Assembly (NCBI RefSeq): GCF_016432865.1
Contig: NC_067399.1
Span: 643,684,001 to 643,748,000, forward strand
Origin: Antechinus flavipes
Lineage: Eukaryota
Length of the DNA stretch: 64,000 nt
Direction: 5' to 3'
Positions 1 to 13,199 of this stretch are shown one piece after another (the stretch's first letter is position 1; every line of letters starts with the position of its first letter). The notes below the pieces were generated by a model. It was not told the DNA's origin. It made no database searches and saw nothing but the letters and a program-made list of their open reading frames with translations. A program made the position numbers and the translations under genes.

Positions 1-389
1 AGAAGAAAATCACCATACTCTACTACATATTTAAATATTTTGAACTCCTTTTTTTTCATTTAAACAATCAACTTAACTTCTCTAACTCACATTGATCCAT
101 TAGGATCAAAGAAAATAGTTTATATCAAAATGTTAATTTATTACTATGAGCATTTCCATTTTTTGGTTAATTACTCATTTAAACCAAAATCATATAACCA
201 CAGAATCATTCTCACTGTTAGTTTAGTTGGAAAAGTACAAACCCCAAAAGGTACAAACTCATTACAAATAAGAATTGTGAATAATTTCTACACATAAAAT
301 TTATAAACACTTCAATTTTGTATTTTGTATTTTCAGTGTTTTCCTACTTGTGTCTCAGGAATCAGTGCTTTGGTATGTTAATCAGAAAT

Positions 390-520
390 AGAAGAAAGAA
401 AGGAAGAAAGAAAGAAAGGGGACTATAGGAGGAGAGGGGGACAAAGAACAAAAAGGGATGAGAAAGGAAGGAGAGGAAGAATAAAAGGGAGGGGAGGGAA
501 AGGAAGAAAGAAAAGGAAAT
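390..520. repeat. Polypurine low-complexity tract (GAAA/GGA-rich)
   Basis: ~130 bp almost entirely A/G on the plus strand. Confidence 0.85.
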
Positions 521-760
521 ATTTATTAAATGTTTACTATGTGTCAGGTACTATGCTAAAAGTTAACAGATATCGCCCCATTTGATCCTCACGATAACCC
601 TAGGAATATAGTGCTATCACTATCTTCATTTTAAAGGTGAGGAAATTGAGGCAAACAGAGCAAATGCTTTGCCAAGGTCACACAGCCAGTAAGTTTCTGA
701 GGTCAGATTTGAACTTAAAAGTCTTTCTATTTCCAGTGCTCTATTCTGTGTTGGTAGAAA
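520..760 (-). mobile_element. MIR-family SINE
   Basis: catttgatcctcacgataaccct...gaggaaattgaggc...ccaaggtcacacagc core. Confidence 0.7.
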
Positions 761-3700
761 CTAAAAAGGATAAAGAGATGTCTTATGGCAGTTTGAATGG
801 AAGTCCTGGATGGCCCCTCTGGCTACCTCTGTTAAGCTCAATAATATTTCTTGCCTCAATTCACTCTACAAAGCTGCTGGACAAGTAGGAGTCTTATACC
901 TACATAAATGCCAAATGAAGCCTTTTAAAAAGTGTTATAGATTCAATATATGCATTAATAGATATAAATATATATGTATATATATAATTTTGAATCTCAA
1001 TGGTGTTATATTAATGCATATTTAGATATTATGCTCCAAAGTTTGGAATGAATTAACTTCTCCAAATTCCTAAAATATTCTACAGCATAGCTATTATTGG
1101 AACCCACTAGAAATTGTTGGGAAATACCAGTGAAATCATTCTGTAGGACAGATGAACCAATATTTTATTTCTTAGTGCCCAAGTATCTGTAGAATATGAG
1201 AAAAATGAAACTTTCTGTAGCATGGAGAGACAATTCTAAGGGTGTCAACACAGGGACTTTTAGAATGGAATTTTTTTCTGGTAGAATATGCAAGTTCAGA
1301 TAAGCAGTTTGGCAATGAATGCTTAGTTTAAATAAAAGACATAAATGAGAAAAGGAAGTTATAAAACAGGACACCAACTGCTCCTCCCCTTTTTGTGGGT
1401 GAATTGTTTTGATTTTGAGGAAACCATTTCCATTTTTCCTGTCATAAAAAAAAAAATCATTAAAAGAGGTGTGCCGGATCATACTGCCTCATCATGTGCA
1501 GCAGAGAAGCCAGAAAACGGAAAGGCTTGTCCTTTTTCATCCTAAATTGAAGTTCTGTCTGTTGGTGAGGCCCCAGCACAACTCGGAAGGAAGGAAAGGC
1601 CACTGTCTGGAGGGCATTTCTGATGGTAACTCTATCCCAAGAGAGCCCAGAAAACCTGATACTCACAGTGAGCTAAGGACCTGACCACCAGGCATTTTTC
1701 CAAAAACACTAAAGCTTAATTTAAACATTGGTTTTCAAAAACTGTGTTCCTAAGTGAATGGTTTTGTTTGTTCAAGCCGATTAATGCTCATACAGACTTA
1801 AGGAAAAAAAAATGGGTTCTCACTCCAGAATCCATTCAGAGGCTTAACTGAGCTTTGAGTATGAGGGAATCTGAGGCAATGTTCTGGTTTCTCTTGGCTA
1901 TGTTGGCTCTTTCCCAGAGAACACCAAAAAAAAAGTACATGAATACAAAAAGTACACCCACAATCTGTACTTTACTTCAGTCAACCACAGAAATATTACT
2001 ATGGTAAGAATGCCATCATTTCATAGACTTGTAGAGTTGGAAAACACTTCAAAAATCACCTTGAACAATCTATATCTGAAGCATAAATAATTCTATTACT
2101 TATCTGCTAATAGTATTTTTACAGTTCAGCCCATTGTTCTTATTATACTGCACAGCATAATTGAAGTTGTTTACCTTCTCAGGGCTCAAAGTAACTCAAT
2201 GTCAATCTGCAATCTGAGAAGTTATCCCACAGAAAATTCCTAAATTTATGAAATCATAGGTATGGATAGCTTGCTCGCTCTATTTATTGCAAGCCAAGAA
2301 TATCTAACAGTAATTCGAATAGCTTATATTTTGTAGTTGAGGTACAGGGAAATCATTTATCATGTGATGATTCATTAGTATATATCAAGAATTCAAGCTC
2401 ATTGCTTCTATTTCAAGGCACACATTTTTCTTACTCTGGCTCCCACTATAATACTGCATGATAATTTGAAATCTGAAGTTTAGCTTTGCAATAGATTGTG
2501 TTTTGGAAAATGTCACTTGGCCCATTTTGGATTTTAGGTTAATGACTTTGGATCAGAAGGCAGTACAGCAAAATGTTGAGAATACTAAGGCTGGAGTTAA
2601 CACTTAGTTTGATCTTCTACTTTTATGCCTTAGAACCAGTGCCCTCACCGGCTCAAATCTCCCTCACCTGTAAAGTGAGGATGAACTGGATCAGCACTAT
2701 CTGACCTATGTAGAATGAAAGCTGGATTGGAGGACTATAACTTTTCATCCATGCCATATTATAGTTTTATTTATTTTGTTAAATATTTCCCAACTACATT
2801 TTAAACCAGTTCAGGCTGCACTTTGGCCACCAGTTCAATACCTCCTAAGATCTTTAGATGTCCTCCGGTTCCAAATCCAATAAATATAACTGAACCTCTA
2901 ATACGGCTTTTAAATTATTTATTCTGAGCAACATAATTATCCAAGACAACTATGAAGACCTTAACATGAAAAATGTTATCTATCTCCAGGAACTGATGCA
3001 ATATGAATAGAGATTAAAGCATTTAAAAAATATATATATTTATTGTTCCTGGATTTTTTTTTTGTTTATATTTTGGTTTTTTTTTTAACAACATGACTAA
3101 TATAGAAATATATTTTGAATGATTATACATATATAACCTATTTCAAATTGCTTGCCTTGTCAATGTGGGGGGATGAGGAGGGAGGAAGAGAATTTAGAAC
3201 TCAATTTTAAGAATGAATGCTAAAAACTTTTTACCTATAATTAAGGAAAAATAAAATATCAAATTAAAAAAAAGAAAGAAAATACAAATCTTTTCTTCAC
3301 CCACAATCTGTACATTATCATGCTTTCCAGACATCTCACACTGTACTGTCTCTAATGGATACAGTGAGAGCACCTTGAATTCAACTTCTGTTCTCTATTC
3401 TGTTTCACTGCTCACAATGCTCTGCTCTTTTCCCAACAAAATAATGACAAATCTTTTCTGATCAACATAAACTAAAGGGAAATCTCCCTCAAAATTTCTG
3501 TAACACTTAATTGCTAAAACTAGACAATTAATCATATATCTCTTTTGAAGAATCTCTTCTACTGTAGCTTCAAGCTGTCATAACTCTTTTACTACTCTTT
3601 AGTTGCAGCCAAGTGGCACAGGCCATAGAGCACCCAACTCCCAGCATTTTCTCGACTTGCATGTTCGGAATGCCCTCTCTCCTTCAAGTCCCAGTTAAAA

Positions 3701-5669
3701 TACATTCTACAGGAAGCCTTTCCCAATCACTCTTAATTTCAGGGTCTTCCCTTTGTTAACATTTCCTATTTAACCTGTATATAGCTTGTTTGTACATAGT
3801 TGATTACATACTGTCTCTCCCACTAGACTGTGACTCCTTGAGGCATAGTCAAAGGACTATCTTTTGTCTTTTTTGTATTCCCCAATGTTTTGCACAGAGC
3901 TTGGTACATAATAAGTGCTTCATAAATGTTTATTGACTGACTCACTGAATGAATATATTTATCTGCATAGTGATAAGATCACCATGGGAGATGATATAAA
4001 GTGAGAAGAGAACTCAGAACACAGCTTTAGGGTTTATGCAAGATTATAAAGTACACAATATGGATGAAGATTTAGCCAAAGAGATTGGAAAGGAACAATG
4101 AGGTAGGAGAAGCAAGAAAGAGTGGTATTCCAAAAGACCTCAAAAGAAGAAAAGTACTGAGGAGAAGGGGCGAACAACTACGTCAGAAGCTGCCAAGTGA
4201 TTGCAAAGGATGGAGAAAAAGGCCATAGACTTGGTCACCAAGAGATCACTGGGGCCTTTGGAAAGAGTAGAGTCTTATCAGAGATATTTCATCAATTACC
4301 CAATTGAATACTTTCTCTTTTATCCTAGGAATATGATTGGAAATATCTAATTGATCTTCTTTTGATTGCTTTTATGCCTTATTTGATGAACTATTTGCCC
4401 ACAATCACAGTTGTGAAAGGCACCGCATAAGATTCTCTTCTAATTTTTTTCATAATTACTTTTAATATTCAGCTTATATCTCTTTTGAGGTTATTGTAGT
4501 AACTGTAGTTACTATAGTACAAGAAGCCTGGCCTAAACATAATTTCTACAAACCTCTTCATTATTCTTTTTTTTTTTTTTTTTTTGAGGGGCAGGGGATT
4601 CAAACAGTAAGTTCTGAACTAGAGATTTCACTGTTGGTCTGTCTGTCTCCCCCCACTAAAAAAAATATCCAAAGCAGCATTTTTAATAGTATATTAGGAA
4701 ATTACAAAAATATATCAATTAGAATTTTTAAAAATTCATTAAATTACTATGTTTTTAATAAAATTTTTAAAATATAACAATTTATGGGGTTTACACTGAT
4801 ATAGTTATCAAAATTCTTAACATTGTATCTTGGTTATAAAAAATATTCAAGGAAATACACATCCTAGATTAAGATGGTATGAAATCTAACCTACAAGCAG
4901 CCAGATTGCAAATTATGCCTTTTACCCCATACCAAATGGCATTTTGCTGTCTATAAATTACTGTATCATTTCATATATTTTAAAATAGTAACCAATTAAA
5001 AGACATTCACACATGTTAAATTCCTTCTGTTAATGCTAAAAAAAATTTCTTCTTTTCCCTTTGTGAATGGAAAGGATTAAAGTGAAATCAAGATATGCTT
5101 TCTACCTTAAAATCAGAAATGTGAAAAGAAGGAACAAATATTTTTATGTAACAACCAGATATCAGCAATAATGTGAACTGAGTCATGAAATAGTCTTCTA
5201 AAATTTGTTTAAAAAAAAAGAAAAATATAACATGAGAATTTTTAGGGGAATGAACCTTATGTTCAATACAAAGGAAACATTTATCTGTATGCTTTAATTA
5301 TATTCAGAATTTTCCAAAAATGCCTAGCATAAGGTACAATTATTACAGTAAAATTTATGGCAGGTAAGAATTATTCAAACCTCACATTTAGATTAAGATC
5401 ATACCTTTATACCAGATAATAAGCTAACTATATTTGAGGCAAAACTCTGACAATTTACTGAAAGAAGTCCCTTTGATAAACCATTTCCACATTCTTGGCT
5501 GGTGAAATTTATTTTCAAAAGTGCTCTCAATTTGTTCTTTTTTTTTTTTTTTTTAAATCATTTCCACTAATAAAACTCAAGTTGAATAATGCTACATTGC
5601 TGGATCATAGTTACAGTTTGCTCACCTGTAAATTAGCAATAATATAATCTGTTATGAAGAAATTACTCT

Positions 5670-5990
5670 GAGGCACAGCCAAGATGGCAGATTAAAGGAG
5701 GTCACCCAGCTGAACTCTTCCAATATTCCCTTCCAAACAACTTTAAAATAACGCCTCAAATTAAATTTTGGAGCAGCAGAACCGGCAAAAGGTCAGAGTG
5801 AAAGATTTTTCCAGCTTAAAACAACTTAGAAAGTCAGCAGGAAAAGTCTATAATACCAGGGTGGAAGTCAGCTCAGAGCAGGGTATCAGTACCAGCCAAG
5901 GGTAGCTCAGAGATAGCTATGACAGCAGCAGCTTCAGGGGCTCTCAGCCTGGAGACAATAAGGGGGGGTCAGACAAATAGGGAAATTACT
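5670..5990 (+). mobile_element. Isolated marsupial-type L1 5' end (promoter/5' UTR fragment)
   Basis: gccaagatggc start motif; resembles the 5' end of the L1 at 25245. Confidence 0.6.
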
Positions 5991-6711
5991 ATGGATATTT
6001 TCTTAGACTATTTTTAAAAGCATAAAATATGAATGATTAAGAAGGAAATCAATTGTACTGAGTTATCAAAATATTTTTTAAGTTCACTGACTTTAAGTTA
6101 AAAATAGTTCCTTTAACTGAAATTTAATATTTCCTTCAAATTACAATTGTAGGAAACAAATATGATTCTGAGAAGGAGTCCATGGGTTTCAAAGGGGACT
6201 GTGAAACAAAAAAGGTTAGGAATTGTTACCTTACATGGTATTATATAACTAAATATCAGGTCATTTCAGTCATATATGATTTTTAAAAGAACCTAGTATA
6301 ATATTTAGTTTAATAAACTAGGCATCTAATTTTTGCCTCTTAAAAGGTATATATGTTTTTATATTTTTATTACAAAATATAATTTTGATATCATAACATT
6401 TCATAGATGTATATATTTGTTTTAATTATTTAACCAAAGATCTCTTAATTTTGTAGACCTAAATTTATACTCATTAAATTCACTTACTTTGGGGACAATC
6501 AAAAGTTTTTCCACCTCTTACTATGACTAAGAACAGATAGTAACTTACCCTTGCTCCTAACTGTTGAACCTTAATTATAAGCATTTTGAACACTTCTCTC
6601 CAATAATTACAACACAGAGTTGAAAATTAAAAATAAAATTTTTACAAAAATATCTTATACACAGGAAACTCTTAATAAATGTTTAAATGAATTGTAATTT
6701 CACTGAATTGT

Positions 6712-6812
6712 GTGTGTGTGTAAAGAAGAGATGGAAAGAGAGAGAGAGAGCAGGAGAGATGGGAAAAAGAAGAAGAGTGTGTGTGTGACTGTGACAGAGA
6801 GAGAGACAGAGA
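6712..6812. repeat. Compound (TG)n/(AG)n microsatellite
   Basis: Directly visible. Confidence 0.8.
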
Positions 6813-6834
6813 GAATGAGTGAGTTTTGATTTTT

Positions 6835-6945
6835 TGTTGTTTAATCTTTTCAGTCTGGAGTTTTCTTGGCAAAGACACTAGGATAGCTTGACAATCCCTC
6901 CTCCAGTTCATTTAAAGATGAGGAAACTGAGGCAAACATGATTAA
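6835..6945 (-). mobile_element. MAR1-type SINE fragment
   Basis: ggagttttcttggcaaagacact...gatgaggaaactgaggc. Confidence 0.6.
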
Positions 6946-9149
6946 ATTGACTTTAAAGTTAATTATGAATTTTTTCATAGAGTAACACAGCCAGTATGTT
7001 TTTATGACCTCCCTTTAATTAGTCAGATAATTTTAAAAACATGTGCCAGTTTTTTAAAATTCAGAATTATCATTACTATTTTTAAATTAAATCTTCCTTT
7101 TCAAACTTCACTCTATCTTCTATTCTGTAGTTTATCTTTATCTGAATAACAATGTACTTAACCCAAAACACTAATAATTGAGGTATTTGTTCTTGATTTT
7201 TTAATCTTTTAATTTTTGTGGCTTTCCTGTGATCTTATTCTAGAAGGTACTCTCTCAACCAGTCCCAATGCTACTGCATGTAAAGGTGCTGACACACTAT
7301 ATTCTGCTTTCTATAAGAATGCTTGCTTTTTAAAACCACAGTATGATGTTGGCAATCAAGAAGATGCAAAAACATAAACCTGCCACTGTGAGAAAATACC
7401 ATGGTGCACTGTATTCAAGTGCTGCTGCTGCCTTACATGACATCATCCTTTTTTATCAGCGTTTTAAAGTATTAGACCAGAGGTCTAACATAGAGGTTTT
7501 TTTTGTTTGTTTTTGTTTGTTTGTTTAATTTAAAAAATGTGAACACTAAATTTTGTTTGGTATTTTTTTAATCCCTTTTTTGGACACGAGAATGTAGTCC
7601 AGGCCTTATCTAAAATCACGTGACTCCAGAGAAGCAGAAACTGAGGCCTTAAGGCTTCAACTAATTTAACAGTCACTGATCAATATGTGCTTGATCTATA
7701 AGTTCTTCACCTTTTCCACACATAAAGGCTCTTAAAAGAGAATTAGAAGAAAAATGGGGAAATGAAATGAGATCATTGCAAGAAGGAATGGAAAAAATGG
7801 AAAAAGAAAGAACAAAAAAATTTAGTTGGCCAATTGCAAAAGGAGCTAAAAAAGGTAACTGAAGAAAATAATACACTAAAAATTAGAATTGAACAAATGG
7901 AAGTGAATGACTTCAAAATTAGTCAAAGAAAAACAAAAAAATTGAAGAAAATATGAAATATCATCTAAGAAGATTAAAGTGCTAATTTTATAGAATTTTA
8001 TGAAAATAACCAGAAAGAACCTTACAGATTATCTATCCGATTCTCTTATTTTAGAAATCAAGAAAAACTCAGAAAAGATTATCATCATCATTATCAACAA
8101 CAACAGAATCTATTTATATATTGATTTAAGGTTTGCAAAAACGCAAGAACAGGCTAATCTAGAACTCTCAATTGTTTTCGAGTAGAATATGCTACCTTGC
8201 TGGGGGGAAAAAAGGCACCAGAAGTTGTACAACAGACTAATCAGTCAGAAAGCAGCAGGAGATTTGAGTTGAATTATTCAAGTCATTTTTATTGTCACAG
8301 GGAGAAGCTAAGAAAAAATAAAAGTGAATAGAAATGTTGGAACTTATGGCTTAATTTTAAATCTAAACTATCACATGCCATTAACTTTTCAGTCTTGTTA
8401 AAAATATTCCAGCAATTACTAACAATTTCCTGCTTTCTAGCCAAGTTTCAGTCTTTTATTATTCATTTATTCCATTCCAAGTTCAACATTAATTTCAAAT
8501 ACTATATGGAATTTTTGACACTTTACTTCTACAAATAAAAAAGATGTGATATTCAATGTGTCCTTATCTACTTTGGCCATAATATCCTTGAAGTCATTTA
8601 ATGAGCTAATAAAATATGAATTTCCTTTACTGAAAACATGTTGATGATAATAAACCTTACCTTGATTTCCCCCATAGCTTTTGCTCTTTACCCAGCTAAT
8701 TGCAGGCTTGGCAAAATATCATATCTGATGGGAAATATATAGAGACACCCCACCCCCACAGACTCTTCATATTTCACTCTTATTTAAAAGTCCATTGTAC
8801 CTTTATTAAAACTACAGGAAAGACTCCTAAATGAAAAAAAAAAAAGTAATGGAAAAATACTTGCAATTTTATCCTTTTTGCTAGTCTAATTCTTAATATG
8901 GATGACAATTTTAGCATTACTGCTTTACAAGAGAATCTATTTTTAAAGGCCATTATAATAAATGGAAAGATTAAGCATAAGACAATGACCAAATTCATAG
9001 TCATGAACCAATTTGCTTATAAACTTTGTAAAAATGCATGCAAACTTATTATTAATATATTGGTGGCAAAAATTTACATTTCTAAATTCTGTTTATCATT
9101 AAGGATCATTCAGAAAAAAGGAAACTATTTTAGGAGCTCACAACAATGA

Positions 9150-9590
9150 AATGATTCAGACCAGTTCCAACAGACTTGTGATGGAGTGATCTGCATCCAG
9201 AGAGAGGACTGTGGGAACTGAGTGTGGATCACAACATAGTATTTTCACCTTTTTTGTTGTTGTTTGCTTGCATTTTGCTTTCTTTCTCATTTTTTTTCCT
9301 TTTTGATTTGACTTTTCTTGTGCAGCAAGAGAACTGTATAATATATATGCATATATTAGATTTACATATAGTTTTACCACGTTTAACATATGTTGTTTAT
9401 TGGAGTACCTGCCATCAAGGGAGGGGGTGGGGAGAAAAAGGGGAAAAGTTGGAACAGAAGGTTTTACAAGAGTTAATACTGAAAAACTATCCATGCATAT
9501 GTTTTGAAAATTAAAAAGCTTTAATAAAAAATGAATGTTGAAAACTATCTTTACATGTAATTGGAAAAAAAAATACAAATAAGTAAAAAG
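9150..9590 (+). mobile_element. L1 3' UTR fragment(s)
   Basis: gactgtgggaactgagtgtggatcacaacatag...acttgccatc..ggagggg...aataaa pattern shared with the other L1 3' ends. Confidence 0.8.
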
Positions 9591-10289
9591 AAAAAAAAAA
9601 GAATGAAGAACAAACAACAACAAAAGAAATACTTGAAGTCCCATCACAACTTCTACTTTTTGGTTTAACAAGAGATTCAATTTTTGGTATGTACAACTAA
9701 ATAAGTATAATGATTCCTATAAAATAATACAGATTTTAAAATATTCTTTGAACTATAATTTCCAATATTTCTGTTCACTTTCTTTTTTAGTTTCTACTTG
9801 TGATAATAAAAATGGCCTGGAAAAAAAGACAACTTAAGCTCCTTCTGATTCCTGACTTGTCGGTCAGTTGTACTGCTTGTGGGGCCTTTTCTTTTCCCCT
9901 GGGAAGATAGCTTACTATACTTGAAAACCCAGAGACCTGGGTTAGAGTCCTGATCTAGTCTTACCTTTTTGCAAAAAAATAGATACTTAAAGCAACATAT
10001 AGATACTATTATTATTGCTACTGCTGCTAATCTTTTCTAAATCTGTGTCCTTATTTCTGAAATAAGAGAATTGGACAATAATCTTTAAGGTTCTTCCTAG
10101 AATGAAAATAATTGTACTTTAAAAGTTCATCAAATAAACATGTCAAAATAAATATTTGTTCTTAGAAATAAATTTGTGATCATTATTTCAAATGCCAAAA
10201 TAATCACAACTTTTAATGTATATGATTTTGAGATAATCATTTGCATAAATAATTGGGACAAATAATAATTTGGTTATGCTTTAATTTTG

Positions 10290-11100
10290 AAATGGCAATA
10301 ATGATGGCTGGTGTGCTTTTACTGACACCTTGGAGCCCCAGACTGCCTGAGCTGAGTCACATCTCACAGGGTTGTGCAGGTTTCCCTATAACTAGTTAAT
10401 TCTCTGTCAGTTAGGTACTGCATTTCAAGCCACCCATGGAGAGTGTTCCACTCTTATCTCTGATCTTCAAGTAAGGAAAGGTGCATAGAGACCTCTGACA
10501 TCTGGAGTGGGTGGATTCCAGAAAAAAGAAAAGACCAGTAAAACCACTACAATGATGGAAAAATACATGGTAAAAGTAAGACCACTGAAAAACCTGGAAA
10601 CTGGGGATTAGCAACATCCACTATTATTGGTGAAACTCCTTTATTTATTCAAGGATATACAAAACTACTTCCTACATGAGCCCAGGTAAGCCTATGAGAT
10701 TTAGGTACCTGCATTAAGTTTTACACCATTTATTCAAAAATTGTTTTAGGAATTTTTAAACTTTTAAATGGCATAGAAGTCTTCTTAGCATTTGGAAAAT
10801 GATGAAAGCTGTGAGAAGACTGCTGCTCTGAGATACAGAACTGCTCTAGGATTACAGAGATTCCTTGGTGCTGATGATATTCCACCATACAATTCTGAAA
10901 CATGCCATACCTTGTAACAGGTTAAGAAATAGAAATAAATATGCTTTCGAGACGTGGGAATTCACATGACTTTAACTCCATTGAAAACTTATGAGCTGCA
11001 CCTAGAGCCAGACTTTGAAGAATGGATTGTCAAAGAAATATTTAATACACTCTGTGATGTATGGTTTCATGATAAAGAATGTCAAAATTTTGTTAAGTGA
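10290..11100 (+). mobile_element. Decayed Ty3/Gypsy reverse transcriptase relic (N-terminal and catalytic part)
   Basis: Collinear motif remnants across frameshifts: KGA*RPLTSGVGGF at 10477-10518 (cf. KGxIRPSTSPxGAGF), VRP...GISNI (cf. LRP...GLNNI), QGYTKL (cf. QGATIFTKL), DESCEKTA at 10801-10824 (cf. DEWKTAF), LQRFLGADDIPPYNS with DD at 10873-10878 (cf. LNRFVFVYLDDILIYS), YAFETWEF at 10940-10963 (cf. YAKLEKCEF). Compared by eye with recalled sushi-type pol. Confidence 0.62.
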
Positions 11101-11999
11101 ATGCCAAATTGTGTAAAACATGACTTTTTCTGAAGGATGATATATTGCATAAGTTTTTTAAAGATGTAAAAATTCAAAGATTTAATGAGTATCATTAAAT
11201 TTAATTATTTTTGCTTTGTTCCAAGTAATCTGTACACACTATACAAATATGTTAAGTAGTACAGTAAAAAGAACACTGTGCTTAAGAGTGAGAAGTTATG
11301 AGTGTTATATGAATCTGCCAATTACTAAGTCACTGCAGAAAAGTCACTTTATTTCCTTAAGCCTATACAATGGAAATTACATGTGTAGTACTTACATGTG
11401 AGCTATTGTATAATAAATGGTGAAAAACATGTGCCTTTAAATCTCCCCACATATTATTTCTTATAGTGGGACTATTTATGTGAAGTACCAACTTATTTTC
11501 TGTAGTCACTCCATAATCTAAAATGATTGTCAATTTGTATAAACATGCTCTGGCTGATTAGTCTCTCTGTAGAACACTGAACCAAAGGGCAGGGGAATTT
11601 ACTTCCATATCAGCACTTACAATTTAGGACAGCAAGATGATAAAACTTGTACTTTCATATTATTTCTTTTGAATGCCATTATATGGCATTCATGTATAAA
11701 ATGATAAAATGTCATCACAGCAGATTTGGTTTTTGTCCATGCATTTTTATTCTCAGTTCAATAATTATTCCCTTCCATTTCTGCTGCTTGCATGTTTGTC
11801 AAATATTTATCATGTGGAGGTGACAGCAAACCATCTGCATCCCTCTTTTCAGAAACACTTCCTCTCAATTTCTACCACCTGTTCTTTTCTAGTTTCCACT
11901 CTAGCACTGAATTCTTTTCTCCAAAATCATCATCATGTGTATCACCAGGAGAAAAATTTACTTTCTTTAAAGTAGCAAACTTAAATCAGTTAATGTAAT

Positions 12000-12620
12000 A
12001 AAAATCAAAAGGAATGATTTATACAGACACATGATATGCCAATGAATATTGTCCAAAACACAAAGTACTTTTAGAATCAGAAGAATACCTTCAGCTTTGG
12101 GAAGATTTTCTAAGAAGGATTATGGAAACACAGGCAGAAGAACCACATGGGTCAATCAGTATGGTTGAAGAGTAACTTATACTACTGCTAGTACCAGGTA
12201 TAGAATCCCTGACAGTATAACAACTTTCCTGGAATATTAAAGTATGCATTAAATTTAAGGGTATTCCTAAAAAGATATAACTTTGTTATATTTATCAGTT
12301 GGAAATGGATGAGATTAGATACAGGAAGATAGGAGCCCAGTCACTTATTTTACTTCTAGGAGTAATGAGTGAGCTCACTTGTATTCTTGGTTTAGGGAAT
12401 AAAATTTCTGATTCTCAATATATAATCTAAAATTTTACTCCTGTCAACTTTTCATTTACTAGATTTGCTATTTACTTACAACACAAGATCTCTAGTGTAT
12501 ATAAACTCTTTGGACCTGTCCTGAGTTCATAAAGTTAGCACTATTCTACTCTACCATGGCCATGACAGACAACAACCAAGAAGAGGAAGACCTAGGAGTT
12601 TAATTGAAAGAGTCATGATT
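12000..12620 (+). mobile_element. Decayed Ty3/Gypsy RNase H relic (second copy of the RNase H block)
   Basis: LSVGNG*D*IQEDRSPVTYFTSR, with PVTYFTSR at 12337-12360 (cf. DVGVGAVLSQ..PVAYFSR). The 3' ~130 bp is ~85% identical to 13748-13875. Confidence 0.5.
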
Positions 12621-13199
12621 TCTAATAAAATGTTATTTACTCTAGATTATATGATATTAGATGATTACATAAATTGGATGTCAAGAGAGGAAATATTGAC
12701 ACTTTTATGATCTTTTACAATCTGAAGTCTCCATAGAAGGCTTTTAAACAATTCATACATACGGTACAAAAACATGATTTTAATTATTATAGGCTGTTGT
12801 GCCCAAAACTTATGAATGAATACAAGATATTTCACTTAATAAATAATATATTTCATATATTATAAATAATAATATTTCACCTAATAAATAAATAAATAAA
12901 TTTCAATTATTAAAAGGCCTACTCTATACAACATCAGAGATGCTCCATCAGAAAGGGATCTCAATGAGATATTTCTAGTCATTTGATAAATGTAAAGACT
13001 GAGACCCAGAGAGAATAAGTGATTGTTGCCACTGGAAACATAATATTGAAAAAGTGTAGAGTAATTATATAAGCCAAATACCATAGCTTGATATGGCACA
13101 CTAACTCTGAGAAGCTATTTTTCATTTATTATCTTCCATTCTTTGCTTCCTCATATTTAGACTAGGTCATGTTTTCCTTGATCCAGAGAACCAAAATGG

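Noticed and set aside
1460-1690. Strong GTGAGT donor on the NEO1 strand at 1666 and nearby overlapping ORFs, as a possible exon 8 or cryptic exon
   Set aside because: No neogenin FN3 peptide (APATTGPLPSAPRDVV...) in any frame and no good acceptor; exon 8 probably lies beyond the window in a long intron 7.
9156-9680. 174-aa minus-strand ORF, the longest in the track
   Set aside because: Antisense reading of an L1 3' UTR and T-rich sequence; the same F/L-rich peptide recurs at other L1 copies.
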